A DNA stretch of 64,000 bases, taken from Hyalangium minutum (GTDB lineage: Bacteria > Myxococcota > Myxococcia > Myxococcales > Myxococcaceae). This document shows positions 16,833 through 27,258 of the stretch, in pieces. Position numbers and translations under genes: made by a program. The DNA lies in the NCBI RefSeq assembly GCF_000737315.1, contig NZ_JMCB01000022.1, positions 1 through 64,000 on the forward strand, given 5' to 3'. The notes beneath the pieces were generated by a model. The model saw only the letters and a program-made list of their open reading frames with translations, had not been told where the DNA came from and searched no databases. Position 1 is the stretch's first letter, and each line of letters begins with the position of its first letter.

Positions 16833-17987
16833 GTGACGTCACCTCGCCTCCAGGCCGCGCTGGATCGGGCCGCCGCCTGCGCGTCAGGGGCTCCCCGCTC
16901 CGCGCCCCCCGAGTCCTCTCCTCCCGAGCGGCGACTGCGGGTCGCCATCGGAGATCCGCAGGCGGACCTCACGCGCTTCCTGGCCATCCTGGACCACCAC
17001 GGCCTGCTGACGGAGCAGGGATGGCTGCGTCCGGAGGTGCAGCTGGTGTCGGTGGGGGACCACTTCGACTGGGGCAAGGCACCCGAGCGGGAGGCCGTGG
17101 CCCAGAGCGCCCTGCGGCTCGTGGCGTGGCTCGCGGCGCATCCGCCCGATCAGGCGGTCATCCTCGCGGGGAACCATGATCTCGGGCGCGTGGGAGAGCT
17201 GGCGGAGTTCAGCGATGCCACCTTCGCCGAGGCCCAGCGGGAGGCGGATGCCCTCTACGACGGCGACGACACGGACGAGATGCGGGAGCGGGCCTTCCTC
17301 GGCCGGTTTCCGCAGGTGCCTACCGTGGAGCTGGTCGCGCGGGACTTCAGCACGTTCCGGGAGGAGCAGCGCACGTGGATCACCCACCTCCTCCGGGAGC
17401 GCCGCCTGCGCACAGCGTATGCGGCCGGACCGGAGCTGCTCGTCCTGCACGCAGGGGTGACGCGGGAGGACCTGGCGGCCGCCGGTGTCTCCGAGGAGCA
17501 CGCCGCGGATGCCCCGCGGATAGCGGCCGCGTTGAACGGGGCGCTCGATGCGGCGGTGGATGTCTGGAAGGGCGGACGGCTTATTGTCCCCCAGCTGCAC
17601 CACCCGGGCAGCGCGGACTATGGCGAGGGCCGAGGCATCTTCTACCACCGCCCGAGCCTCCACCCAGACGATGCCGAGCGCACGCGTGTCACGCCTCGCC
17701 GCCGCTTCGATCCGAGGCGTCTGCCCGCGGGGCTGACACAGGTGGTGGGGCACACGCGGGACAAGCGCAGCCGCGAGCTGCTGGGCCTGCCGGGAGAGGT
17801 GCGAGACGGAGTGCTGCGGCACCTCGTGACGGACGGGGAGCGCATCGCCTACGCGCACGGCACTCCCGCGAAGCTCGGTTCTCGGGAAGCCGCGCTCATC
17901 TTCACCGATGGCGGCATGGGCCACGCGCGGGTCGAGGCCTATGAGCTGCTGGACCTCGACACCCGCATGGCGGCACAGCCGCGATAG
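16833..17987 (+). CDS. Calcineurin-like metallophosphoesterase
   Basis: GDPQA, GDHFDWG, GNHD, LHAG and VGHT motifs. Confidence 0.85.
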   Translation: MTSPRLQAALDRAAACASGAPRSAPPESSPPERRLRVAIGDPQADLTRFLAILDHHGLLTEQGWLRPEVQLVSVGDHFDWGKAPEREAVAQSALRLVAWLAAHPPDQAVILAGNHDLGRVGELAEFSDATFAEAQREADALYDGDDTDEMRERAFLGRFPQVPTVELVARDFSTFREEQRTWITHLLRERRLRTAYAAGPELLVLHAGVTREDLAAAGVSEEHAADAPRIAAALNGALDAAVDVWKGGRLIVPQLHHPGSADYGEGRGIFYHRPSLHPDDAERTRVTPRRRFDPRRLPAGLTQVVGHTRDKRSRELLGLPGEVRDGVLRHLVTDGERIAYAHGTPAKLGSREAALIFTDGGMGHARVEAYELLDLDTRMAAQPR

Positions 17988-17998
17988 CCCGGCCGTGC

Positions 17999-19354
17999 CT
18001 ACTTTGCCTTCAGCTCCGTGAGCTTCTTCTCCAGGGCCTCACGCTGGCGCGGGGACACCTGGGCCTCGGACAGTGACTTGGCGTAGGCAATCGCCTCTTC
18101 GATCGTCTTTACGGCACCGGCCTTATCCCCGCGAGCGGCCAGGATGGCCGAGCGGTCCGAGAGGACTCGCAGCCGCCGCGCACCCTGAACCTTCGCCAGG
18201 GCCCGATCGCTGGCGGCCATCGCGTCATCCAGCCGCCCCAGCATCCGGTAGAGCACGGCCAGCCGAGCGGGCGGATTGTAGTCGTTGGGGAGATCCTTCT
18301 CGCTCTGCTCGATGGCCGGGACCGCGCGCATGGGCTCTTCGAGGATCATCGCCGCGGACATGCGGTGCGAGTCGAAGACGGAGCGTGCATCGGGGTTGGG
18401 GGCCTTGGCGGCCTCAGCCTCGAGGAACGTGAGCCACTCCTGGGCCAGGGCCTTGCCTCCAGCCTCGTCGCCCAGCTCGGACCGGCCCTCGACCATGGCC
18501 TCATAGAGGCCGGAGCGGTCATCCGCGGGCATGTCAATGAGTGGAGGCGCGAGGATCTCCTTCCCCTTGGCATCGAACGCGCTCAGCAGGGCCTTGCGCT
18601 GCGGATTCTCCGGAGCCATTGAGGCCGCGCAGCCGATGGCCATGGTCGTCGCGTTGGCCAGGGACGGCGAGCGCGGCAAGCGTGGCAGCTCTTCGGCCGC
18701 CTTCTGCGCGCAGACGTCGTACTGCTTCGCGCCCCATAGGGCGACCAGCAGCGACTCCACCGTCCGGCCCCGGCGGGACCAGTCGTGCGGAGCCTCGGCG
18801 AGCGCCTGGGAGAAGGCTTGTGCTGCCTCGGCCGGCTTGCCTGCGCCATAGAGCGCATCGCCCCGGGCCAGGTCGGCCTCGGCGCCCTTCGCGTCACCGC
18901 GGTAGGCACGTTCTCCATCCTCGAAGAGCTTCTCGAGCTGCGCCACGGTGGCGCTGCCCGCGAAGCGCACGAGGGCCTTCTCCTCCCTCGGGTCGATGAT
19001 GAAGAAGGTAGGCCAGTTCTCGACCGGGTACTTCTCCTGAAAGATGGCGTTCTTCGGAAGGTCCGTGTTGATCTCGAGCCAGACGAACCGTCCGGCGTGC
19101 CGCGCGAGCGCCTTGTCCGTGAAGACGTAGGCCCGCATCGAGCGGCAGGTGTGACACCACGGGGCCCAGATGTCGGCGAAGAGGGGCAGCCCCTTCGCCT
19201 TGGCCTCCGTGAGCGCACGGTCGTAATCATCCTCGATGAACGGCAGCGGGGCTCCCTCATGGGCAGCGGCCGCGGTGGCATCGGGCTCGGAGGTGCGCGA
19301 GGCGGTGCAGGCCAGGAGCCCCACGACGAACAAGCTGGCAACGTGGGTACGCAT
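17999..19354 (-). CDS. Thioredoxin-fold lipoprotein with TPR-like repeats
   Basis: Lipobox LLAC; WAPWCHTC CxxC; WPTF cis-Pro loop; helical repeats downstream. Confidence 0.85.
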   Translation of the reverse strand: MRTHVASLFVVGLLACTASRTSEPDATAAAAHEGAPLPFIEDDYDRALTEAKAKGLPLFADIWAPWCHTCRSMRAYVFTDKALARHAGRFVWLEINTDLPKNAIFQEKYPVENWPTFFIIDPREEKALVRFAGSATVAQLEKLFEDGERAYRGDAKGAEADLARGDALYGAGKPAEAAQAFSQALAEAPHDWSRRGRTVESLLVALWGAKQYDVCAQKAAEELPRLPRSPSLANATTMAIGCAASMAPENPQRKALLSAFDAKGKEILAPPLIDMPADDRSGLYEAMVEGRSELGDEAGGKALAQEWLTFLEAEAAKAPNPDARSVFDSHRMSAAMILEEPMRAVPAIEQSEKDLPNDYNPPARLAVLYRMLGRLDDAMAASDRALAKVQGARRLRVLSDRSAILAARGDKAGAVKTIEEAIAYAKSLSEAQVSPRQREALEKKLTELKAK

Positions 19355-19449
19355 GGCGGAGGACCATAGCGTCGTCCCTGCGCTGTGTCCCCTATGGACA
19401 GAGGGGCGAAGAAGAACTGGGCGCGGCGGGCGGTGCGTGCTGTGCTCCG

Positions 19450-21198
19450 GTGAACGCGATGATTGCTCTGCCCGCGCTGCGCGCTGTCCTGGAGTCTGCC
19501 CTCGCCGCCCTGCCCTCGCCCGAGCGCTTTCCTCGGGGCGAGGATGCGGAGGCCGCGCGGCGCCTCACCGAGCGCCTGCGCCGGGATTTGCTGCCCCGAC
19601 TGGGCGGAGACGCACCGCTGCTGCTGGTGGCCATCGCGGGGCCCAACAACGTGGGCAAGTCCACGCTCTTCAACTCACTCGTGGGGGCCGCGCTGTCTCC
19701 AGCGCGGCCGGAGGGAGGCCTGACGAAGCAGTGCCTTGCAGCGGCCCACCCGGAGACGTGGACAGGCGAGCTGAAAGAGTTCCTCACCCGCCGCTACGAC
19801 GTCGTCCCGGTGGCGCCGGGTGCGGATGCTCCCGTGGACCAGCCCGGCCCGGCGGGACGGCTCTACCTGGCGCTGGCGGAGGCCGTACCTCGGGGGCTGC
19901 TGGTGATGGACACGCCGGACTTCGACAGCGTGTACCGGGACAACCGCGAGCGCACCGAGGCGCTGCTCGTCACGGTGGACGTGCTCGTCTTCGTGGTGAG
20001 CCGGCAGACGTACCAGAACGCGGCGCTGGTGGACTTCCTGCGCGCGGCGGTGGGACGCGGCCGACCCTACCTGATCATCTATAACGAGGCCACGCGCGAA
20101 GAGGTTGCTCGGGGCCACCTGGACAAGCTGGCCTCGGATGTGGGGCACCCACCGCTGGCGCGCTACCTCGCGCCTCACCAGCCGGAGGTGGAGGCGGGGC
20201 AACGCCCGTTGGCCACACAGCCGCTGGACGGCGGACCCTCGCTCGGCGCGCTTCTGGGAGAGACCGAGCACGCCCGGAAGCTCAAGGCGCAGGCGCTGGC
20301 CGCCTCGCTTGCGGATGCACGCGCGGAATTGGAGACCCTGTCCCGGGCCGCACGGGAAGCCGCGCACGAGCCCGAGCGGTTGCGACAGCGGCTGCGCCAC
20401 GAGCTGGCGGCAGTAGGCAAGAGCGCAGCGCTCAAGGGAGTGCCCGCGGATGTGCTGGTGGACGCGTTCCGGGACGAGCTGGATGCGCGCAGCTCCTTCC
20501 ACCGTTACGTGCGGCTGCCTTTCCGAGCGGTTGCCACGGCGCTGACGTTCGTCTCGCGGAAGGTGCGCGAGTCCTTCACAGGCCCGCAGCCCACGGCGGC
20601 CCCGGTGCTCCATGCCACGGACGAGACGCTGCGGGACGGCATGCGGCGGCTGGTGGACGTGCTCGCTCCAGAGGTAGCGGCGTGGCACGGCGACGCCAGC
20701 ACACGGGCGAAACTGTCGGAGTCCTTCGGTCCGGGGACACTGGCACGGCTGGAGGAGCCGCTGGGCTTCGAGGCGCTGCATGCGCACGCGGCGGATCGCG
20801 AGAGCCTCTACACGTTCTGCCGGAGCCTGGTGGGCGCGGAGCTGCAGGGGAGCATGCGCGAGGAGCTGCTCCAAGCGCTCACCACATTGGTGTACTCGGT
20901 GCCCTCGGGGGCGGCAGCGGTGGTGACAGTGGCCACCGGCGGTGTGGGGCACGACGCCGTCATCTGGGCGGGTACCCTGCTGTCCACACCGCTGTTGGAG
21001 CGCTTCGTGGATCTGCTGGGAGCGGACATCCGCGCTCACGTCACGCAGAAGTGGGCGGACGCCCACGGCGCCACCCTGGCCCGAGCCCTGGAGAAGCGCT
21101 TCTTCCAGGAGGTGCTGACGCACCTCGACACGGAGGCTACCGGCTGGGTCCGCACGACCCAGGTTCTGGAGGAGAGCGCCCGAAGGCTCGCGGAGTAG
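19450..21198 (+). CDS. Dynamin-like / YfjP-type GTPase
   Basis: G1 GPNNVGKS, G3 DTPD, long helical stalk, hydrophobic C-terminal segment. Confidence 0.85.
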   Translation: MNAMIALPALRAVLESALAALPSPERFPRGEDAEAARRLTERLRRDLLPRLGGDAPLLLVAIAGPNNVGKSTLFNSLVGAALSPARPEGGLTKQCLAAAHPETWTGELKEFLTRRYDVVPVAPGADAPVDQPGPAGRLYLALAEAVPRGLLVMDTPDFDSVYRDNRERTEALLVTVDVLVFVVSRQTYQNAALVDFLRAAVGRGRPYLIIYNEATREEVARGHLDKLASDVGHPPLARYLAPHQPEVEAGQRPLATQPLDGGPSLGALLGETEHARKLKAQALAASLADARAELETLSRAAREAAHEPERLRQRLRHELAAVGKSAALKGVPADVLVDAFRDELDARSSFHRYVRLPFRAVATALTFVSRKVRESFTGPQPTAAPVLHATDETLRDGMRRLVDVLAPEVAAWHGDASTRAKLSESFGPGTLARLEEPLGFEALHAHAADRESLYTFCRSLVGAELQGSMREELLQALTTLVYSVPSGAAAVVTVATGGVGHDAVIWAGTLLSTPLLERFVDLLGADIRAHVTQKWADAHGATLARALEKRFFQEVLTHLDTEATGWVRTTQVLEESARRLAE

Positions 21199-21380
21199 GC
21201 AACCGGCCCCTTCGGGAAGCCTGGGATAAGTCGATCCTCTGGAGGCAGCCCATTAGGATGACCGATGGCGAGGCACGCCCGATACCGTGCCAGAACCCCA
21301 GTGGGAGCTGAGCCCTGCAGACCTCACGCCCAGAGACTCCAGCAGCGGGTCCGATACCCTCCTCCCGCCTTTCTCTCGCC

Positions 21381-23111
21381 GTGCGGCTGCTGCTGCTCAT
21401 GCTCGCGGTGGCGGTGCCGCCGCTGGTGGGGCTGGGGCTGGTGATGATGAACGTCAACGCGGACGCGCTCCGGCTGGCCGCGCGCGAGCTGCACCTGGCC
21501 ATCGCGGGGGACGTGCGCCGCACGCTGCGAGGCGAGCTGGAGCGCGCACAACAGGAACTCGATGGCGTGGGCTATCTGCTGCTCGCCCCGGGGCTGGGCT
21601 CGGGGGAGGAGCGGGATGCCCTCGTCGCATCGAAGCTCACCGCCTCCGCGGCCATCGACTTCGTCACGCTCTACTCTCCCCAGGGTGAGCGGCTGGGGAC
21701 ACTGAAAGAGAAGGAGCTCCCCCTCCCAGCAGTCCCGGAGATGCTGCCGACCTCCGTGCTCCAGGCCCATCCGGAGTCCCAGCAGGGCCTGCAGGTGCTG
21801 GACGTCGTGATGAAGAACGGCGTGCCTTCGCTGCGAGTGGTGCAGCGAGCCCGGAAGGACGGCGCGACGCAGGCCCTCCTCCTGACGCACCTTCGGCTGG
21901 AGCCCCTGCTGGAGCAGCTGCGGACGCTGGGAGAGGATCGGTTGGGCTCGCGCAACGCCATCTCCGTGGTGAACGACGCCCGGCAGGTGGTGCTGCACGC
22001 GGACCCGGCGCGGATCGGCACCTCTCGAAAGGAGCACGGCATCTTCATGGCGGTGGCGGGAGACGCGTCCTTCCGTTCCCCTTTCGGTGTCTCGCCCGAG
22101 TTCAACGACGACGGCGAGCCAATGGTAGGCGCGCTGGAGACGCTTCCCGAGCTGGGATGGGCTGTGGTGGTGCAGCGGCCTCGCGCGCTCGCCTACGCGT
22201 CGCTGGGATGGATGCGAACGGGCGTGGGCGTAGCGCTGGCGATCTGCGCGGTGGTGGCGCTGGCTGGCGCTCTGCTGGGAGCCCGGCAGCTCGCGCGGCC
22301 CATCGAGGCGCTGGTGCGGGCCACCCGGGACATCGCGGGGCGGCGCTTCACGCGGGTAGAGGGCGGAGTAGAGGAGCGCCAGGACGAGCTGGGACACCTG
22401 GGGCGCTCCCTGGGGGAGATGGCCCGCTCGCTCGAGTCCTCCGAGAAGGAGCTGGTGGAGCAGACGCGCGTGCGGACCGCGCTGAGCCGCTACCTGTCCT
22501 CGGATGTGGTGGAGCTGATCGCCCGGGAGCCGGAGCGGCTGCGGCTGGGAGGCGAGCGCCGGGAGGTGACGGTGCTCTTCTCGGACGTGTGCGGCTTCAC
22601 GCGGCTGTCGGAGTCCCTGCCGCCTGAAACCGTGGTGGCGCTGCTCAACGAGCTGTTCACCTTCGCCACGGAGATCATCCACCGGCGAGGGGGCATCATC
22701 GACAAGTTCATCGGCGACAGCGTGATGGCGGTGTGGGGCACGCCGGAGTCCAAGCCGGACGATGCTCGGCAGGCGGTGGAGGCGGCCATGGAGCTGCGAC
22801 GCTGGGTGGAGACGGGGAATCGGCGCTGGCGTCAGAAGTGGGGCGTGGAGGTCCAGCTTGCCATGGGCCTCCACACGGGCACGGTGGTGGCCGGCAACCT
22901 CGGCAGCGAGAAGCGCATGGAGTACACCGTCATCGGCGACACGGTGAACGTGGCTGCTCGGTTGGAGTCCATGGCGCAGCCTGGGCAGATCCTCGTGAGC
23001 GCGGCCACGCGGGAGAAGCTGGGCCCGGACGCAGAGGTGCTGCGTCACCTGGGCGAGCGTGCGCTCCACGGCCGTAACGCCACGACGTCGGTCTTCGAGG
23101 TGGCCGCATGA
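21381..23111 (+). CDS. Adenylate/guanylate cyclase with extracytoplasmic Cache-like sensor and HAMP
   Basis: Two TM segments; FSDVCGFT, DKFIGDSV and YTVIGDTVNVAARLE motifs. Start codon uncertain (GTG 21381). Confidence 0.9.
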   Translation: MRLLLLMLAVAVPPLVGLGLVMMNVNADALRLAARELHLAIAGDVRRTLRGELERAQQELDGVGYLLLAPGLGSGEERDALVASKLTASAAIDFVTLYSPQGERLGTLKEKELPLPAVPEMLPTSVLQAHPESQQGLQVLDVVMKNGVPSLRVVQRARKDGATQALLLTHLRLEPLLEQLRTLGEDRLGSRNAISVVNDARQVVLHADPARIGTSRKEHGIFMAVAGDASFRSPFGVSPEFNDDGEPMVGALETLPELGWAVVVQRPRALAYASLGWMRTGVGVALAICAVVALAGALLGARQLARPIEALVRATRDIAGRRFTRVEGGVEERQDELGHLGRSLGEMARSLESSEKELVEQTRVRTALSRYLSSDVVELIAREPERLRLGGERREVTVLFSDVCGFTRLSESLPPETVVALLNELFTFATEIIHRRGGIIDKFIGDSVMAVWGTPESKPDDARQAVEAAMELRRWVETGNRRWRQKWGVEVQLAMGLHTGTVVAGNLGSEKRMEYTVIGDTVNVAARLESMAQPGQILVSAATREKLGPDAEVLRHLGERALHGRNATTSVFEVAA

Positions 23112-24406
23112 GCACGGCGCCCGACGCGCGACTGGGGCGAATCCTGGGGGGCCGCTACCACTTGCTGAGCGTGCTCGGCCACGGCGGCACGGGAACGGTG
23201 TACGAGGCGGAGCAGACGGGGCTCTCCCGCCGCGTGGCCCTCAAGGTGCTGCACGCCCATGTGGCCTCCTCGCCGGGAGCCGTGGCGCGCTTCCAGCGCG
23301 AAGCCATGCTGATGGCGCGGCTCCAGCATCCGGGCGCGGCACACGTCTACGACTTTGGGGAGGAGGGAGGCGAACTCTTCCTCGCGATGGAGCGCCTGCA
23401 CGGGGAGACGCTGGACGCGGCGACCTTCCGCGAGGGCCCGCTGCCCATCCCCGTAGCGGTGGACGTGGTGACGCAGGTGCTGGAGGTGCTGGAGGCCGCC
23501 CACACGCTGGGCGTTGTCCACCGGGACCTGAAGCCCTCCAACATCATGCTCACGGGGGAGCTGTCCTCCCCTCGCGTGAAGGTGCTGGACTTCGGGCTGG
23601 CGCAGCTGATGGAGGGCTGGCTGCAGCCTCGCATCACGGCGGCGGGGATGGTGCACGGCACGCCCGCCTACATGTCTCCCGAGCAGTGCCGGGGAGAGAC
23701 GCTGGACGGGCGCTCAGATCTCTACTCACTGGGGTGCGTGCTCCACGAGCTCATCATCGGGCAGCCCCCCTTCCCGGAGGAGTCTCCTGCGGAGACCATG
23801 AGTGGCCACCTGTACCGTCCCGCTCCGCCGATGCGCCAGCTTCGGCCCCGCCTGGAGATTTCGCCAGCCTTGGAGGCGCTGGTGCTGGCGTGCCTGGCGA
23901 AGGTGAAAGAGCAGCGTCCAGAGAACGCCCAGGTGTTGCGCCTGCGGCTGCGCCAAACGCTCACCGAGTCCAGCCCCTCCCCTCAAGCGCCACGAGGCGA
24001 GGGCAAGAAGAAGGAGCGCCCGCTCCCCTCAACGGCCCCTGCGGGGCTGGAGGTTCCCTCGGAGCTTCCCGTGGGCGTCTTGGAGGCAGGGAAGGCCTCG
24101 CCCTCCCTGGCGGCCAGCACGGCGCTCGCGGCGGTAGGCTTCCAGGTAGTGCCCTTGAGCGAGGGAGCGCCGCTGGGAGACATCCGCGCCCTGGTCATCG
24201 TCCCTGCGCCCGGAAGCGACGGGCTGGAGCTGGCGAGGAAGCTGGCCGGGACACCCCAGGCCCCGCCCGTGTTGCTGTGCGGTGAGGATGATCTCACGGT
24301 CATGACCCGTGCCATCGAAGGTGGAATCTATGACTACGTACCCCTGCCGCTCGATCCGCTGGAGCTCTGCCGCAAGGTGGCACGGGCACTCCGGGCGCGC
24401 CGCTGA
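23108..24406 (+). CDS. Ser/Thr protein kinase with C-terminal pseudo-receiver domain
   Basis: GHGGTGTV, VALK, HRDLKPSN, DFG, GTPAYMSPE; C-terminal PGSDGLELARKL...GIYDYVPLPLDPLEL is receiver-like. Confidence 0.9.
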   Translation: MSTAPDARLGRILGGRYHLLSVLGHGGTGTVYEAEQTGLSRRVALKVLHAHVASSPGAVARFQREAMLMARLQHPGAAHVYDFGEEGGELFLAMERLHGETLDAATFREGPLPIPVAVDVVTQVLEVLEAAHTLGVVHRDLKPSNIMLTGELSSPRVKVLDFGLAQLMEGWLQPRITAAGMVHGTPAYMSPEQCRGETLDGRSDLYSLGCVLHELIIGQPPFPEESPAETMSGHLYRPAPPMRQLRPRLEISPALEALVLACLAKVKEQRPENAQVLRLRLRQTLTESSPSPQAPRGEGKKKERPLPSTAPAGLEVPSELPVGVLEAGKASPSLAASTALAAVGFQVVPLSEGAPLGDIRALVIVPAPGSDGLELARKLAGTPQAPPVLLCGEDDLTVMTRAIEGGIYDYVPLPLDPLELCRKVARALRARR

Positions 24407-25928
24407 GCGGCTGCTGGCGCTGGGACTGCTGCTGGCCTCGGCCCTCGCGGGCGCACAGGAGCGTCCCGCTGCGGAGGACGAGTTCACCGTCGCGCAGCCC
24501 GGCGACACCTGCCAGACCATCGGCACACGGGTGTGGGGGAAAACGGAGGCGTACCGCCAGCTCCACGAGCTGAACGCCTTGAAGAACGGTCACCCGGCCC
24601 TGGTGCCCGGCACACGCTTGCGCATCAAGCCCGAGCCCGAGGCGCACCTCACCTACGTGAAGCCCGAGGTCAACACGCGCCCGGCCCAGGAGCCGCAGTG
24701 GAAGCCCGGGAAGCAGGGCGAGGCCCTGTACCGGCTCTATCAGGTGAACACGCTGCGAGGCGCGGGAGCGGAAGTGACGCTGAAGGACACCTCGAAGCTG
24801 CAGCTCCGTGAGAACGCGCTCGTCGTCATCTACGGGACGCAGCAGACCGCCGTCCCGAAGCAGCCCGCCCAATCGAGCGGCGTGGAGCTGGTGCAGGGAG
24901 ACCTCCATCTGCGGCTGGCGGCGCTGCGTGGAGAAGCTCTCCCGCTGACGACTCCCGCGGCGAAGGTGGCGGCGAACGGGCAGGAGCTCTTCGTGGGGGT
25001 GGACGCACAACGCATGAGCCGCGTGGCGGTGTTCAATGGCAAGGCGCAGGTCGCCGGGAAGGGCGCCCAGGTGGAGGTGCCGGGGGGGAAAGGTACGCGC
25101 GTGGAGCCTGGGAAACCCCCCGAGCCTCCCAGGGCGTTACTCGCTGCTCCAGCTTGGAGTGGGCTGGGTGCCCAGGAGGTACTGATGGCGCTTGGAGGTG
25201 CCCCCCAGCCCTACGCGCTGAAGTGGCAGCCCGTGTCAGGGGCGGTGAGCTACCGCGCGGTCCTGGCGCGTGACGAGAGCCTCAACGAGGTTGTGGCCGA
25301 AGGGGCTCCCGAGGCGAACGCGGCACAGGTTCTCGACCCGGGAGTGCTGCCTCCGGGCCGGTACTTCGCACGGGTGCAGGCAGTGGACGCGGTGGGTTTG
25401 CCAGGCATGCCTTCCCGTCCCCGGAGGGTGGAGATCGTCGCGGTGAAGGTGGAGCGCGGCGAAGTAGGAGCCCCAGGCCAGGTGAAGGGCCGCGGCCAGG
25501 TGAAGCTCACGGTGGACCCGACCCTGGGAGTCCCACTCCGGGTCAAGGGAAAGCCCGTCGGCCCCGAAGCGGTGCTACTGGCCCCCGGGCTCCACACCGT
25601 GGACATGGAAGGAGCTGTCCAGCCCGTGAGTGTCGAGGTCCTGCCGGACGTGGCAGCACAGCTGGTGCTGAAGCCCAAGGCAGGGCGCTTCGAACTGGAG
25701 ATTGCCGCCCGTCCGAAGGAGGCAGGAGCCCCGCCCATCGCCGACGGAGCCGTGCAGGTAAAGGGCCTGGAAGGTGCTTCCGTGTCAAACCTGGTGCGCC
25801 ATGGAGAGACCCGCTGGACGGCGACCGTGACGCCCGCGAGTGCGGAGAAGAAGGGCCTCGCCGTGGTGGAAGTCTGGGTGTACGGCGAGCCTGTGGGACG
25901 TGCGAGCGCGACGTCCGAAGCTGACTGA
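24330..25928 (+). CDS. LysM-like plus FecR domain exported protein with FN3/Ig-like tail
   Basis: Signal-like LLALGLLLASALAGA; VAQPGDTC...LVPGTRLRI (LysM-like); VNTLRGAGAEVTLKDTSKLQLRENA (FecR). True start unclear between 24330 and about 24410. Confidence 0.75.
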   Translation: MTTYPCRSIRWSSAARWHGHSGRAAERLLALGLLLASALAGAQERPAAEDEFTVAQPGDTCQTIGTRVWGKTEAYRQLHELNALKNGHPALVPGTRLRIKPEPEAHLTYVKPEVNTRPAQEPQWKPGKQGEALYRLYQVNTLRGAGAEVTLKDTSKLQLRENALVVIYGTQQTAVPKQPAQSSGVELVQGDLHLRLAALRGEALPLTTPAAKVAANGQELFVGVDAQRMSRVAVFNGKAQVAGKGAQVEVPGGKGTRVEPGKPPEPPRALLAAPAWSGLGAQEVLMALGGAPQPYALKWQPVSGAVSYRAVLARDESLNEVVAEGAPEANAAQVLDPGVLPPGRYFARVQAVDAVGLPGMPSRPRRVEIVAVKVERGEVGAPGQVKGRGQVKLTVDPTLGVPLRVKGKPVGPEAVLLAPGLHTVDMEGAVQPVSVEVLPDVAAQLVLKPKAGRFELEIAARPKEAGAPPIADGAVQVKGLEGASVSNLVRHGETRWTATVTPASAEKKGLAVVEVWVYGEPVGRASATSEAD

Positions 25929-26102
25929 GTCCCGGCTCGGATGAGGTGGCAAATCATTCTTGTTGGGTAGGAAGTCGCAGCAAGACCAGAAAGGTTATGA
26001 CCTGACCGGTCACCTCCGAATCACTACCCCGCGTGTCCTTGGAGCCCAACGTTGTAAGTCCTATGTATCGCGACGACCATTCGCGGTGGGCATGGGACAA
26101 TC

Positions 26103-26561
26103 ATGGACAAGGAGCTGACCGAGACCCTCAAGAAGGTCATCGGACCGAACATCCGGAAGGCTCGGCAGCGCCAGGGGCTCTCTCAGGCTCGGCTCGCCGA
26201 GATGGTCGAGATGTCGACCGAGGTGCTGGGGCGCATGGAGCGCAAGAAGGTCCTGCCCCGGCTCGAGCGGCTCGTCCTCCTGCGCAAGATCCTCGGAATG
26301 ACCCCGGACCAGATGCTCGGCTTCTCCTCGGGCCCGGGCAGCTCCGCGGCCCTCAAGGTCTCTCCGGCCTATGACGAGATGATGACGGTGATGCGTCACT
26401 TCTTCACGCAAATGGAGTCGCGGCTGTCCGAGCAAGAGCGCCGGGAACTGATGCAGACGCTGTCTCATCTCCAGCGGCTCATCACGCTCATCAAGAAGAA
26501 GCGATCCTCCAGCCAGCCGCGTCGCGTCGCCTCCGACAAGAAGCGAAGCCCGAAGAGGTGA
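26103..26561 (+). CDS. XRE-family HTH regulator (paralogue 1)
   Basis: NIRKARQRQGLSQARLAEMVEMSTEVLGRMERKKVLP. Confidence 0.9.
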   Translation: MDKELTETLKKVIGPNIRKARQRQGLSQARLAEMVEMSTEVLGRMERKKVLPRLERLVLLRKILGMTPDQMLGFSSGPGSSAALKVSPAYDEMMTVMRHFFTQMESRLSEQERRELMQTLSHLQRLITLIKKKRSSSQPRRVASDKKRSPKR

Positions 26562-26716
26562 GGGGCTCGACCCCCCCTATCAGGTAGGCAAGGCAGAGGG
26601 AACCGGTAAAGTTCTAACCTGGGTGGTCCTTCGCTCATCGCGACCTCCGGTGTCCTTGCGAATCCAACTCATTACGTCTTACCTATGCGCCCAACTTTTC
26701 AAGGTGGGCGAGGTTC

Positions 26717-27148
26717 ATGAACAAAGAACGTGTGAAGGCGCTCAGGAAGACACTGGGCGCGAACATCCGGAAGGCCCGGACACGGCTGGCCATTACCCAG
26801 GAACGGATGGCTGAGCAGCTCGAGATGTCACCCGAGGTGTACGGGCGCATGGAACGGGGACTCATCTTCCCGCGGGTGGAGCGGTTGGTGGACATCTGCG
26901 AGAAGCTCGGGGTGTCGTCGGATCAGTTGCTGGGGCTGTCGGTGTTGGAGGTGGCCGCGACGCCGTCGGTCCGTCAGGACGAGTGGCTCGGGCTGATGCA
27001 GCGCCTCACGCCGGTGATGCCACGGCTGACGCAGCCCCAGCGCAAGGCGGTGCGACGGCACATGACGGACTTCCACCGGCTACTGGTGACCTTCACCGAG
27101 CCGAAGCCCAAAGCGAAGCGGGAGCGGCGCGGACGGCATCCCACCTAG
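26717..27148 (+). CDS. XRE-family HTH regulator (paralogue 2)
   Basis: NIRKARTRLAITQERMAEQLEMSPEVYGRMERGLIFP. Confidence 0.9.
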   Translation: MNKERVKALRKTLGANIRKARTRLAITQERMAEQLEMSPEVYGRMERGLIFPRVERLVDICEKLGVSSDQLLGLSVLEVAATPSVRQDEWLGLMQRLTPVMPRLTQPQRKAVRRHMTDFHRLLVTFTEPKPKAKRERRGRHPT

Positions 27149-27190
27149 TGGGTAACCTGCTATCTTCCCTACCTGGCACATTCTGTGACC

Positions 27191-27235
27191 CCAACCCATG
27201 ACGTTGTATGCCATCCATCCAACCCATCATGTTGG
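27191..27235. promoter_or_regulatory. Tandem palindromic operator-like sites CAAC-N7-GTTG
   Basis: CCAACCCATGACGTTG (27191-27206) and CCAACCCATCATGTTGG (27219-27235) directly upstream of XRE paralogue 3; degenerate pairs occur upstream of paralogues 1 and 2. Confidence 0.6.
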
Positions 27236-27258
27236 GTCGCTTCCGGAGGTGAAAACAC

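Noticed and set aside
21258-21380. ATG 21258 in frame with the cyclase gene but interrupted by TGA 21309-21311, a second possible recoding site
   Set aside because: No convincing hairpin at SECIS distance after the TGA, and the upstream peptide has no recognisable conserved character. More likely a chance upstream ORF with the cyclase starting near 21381.
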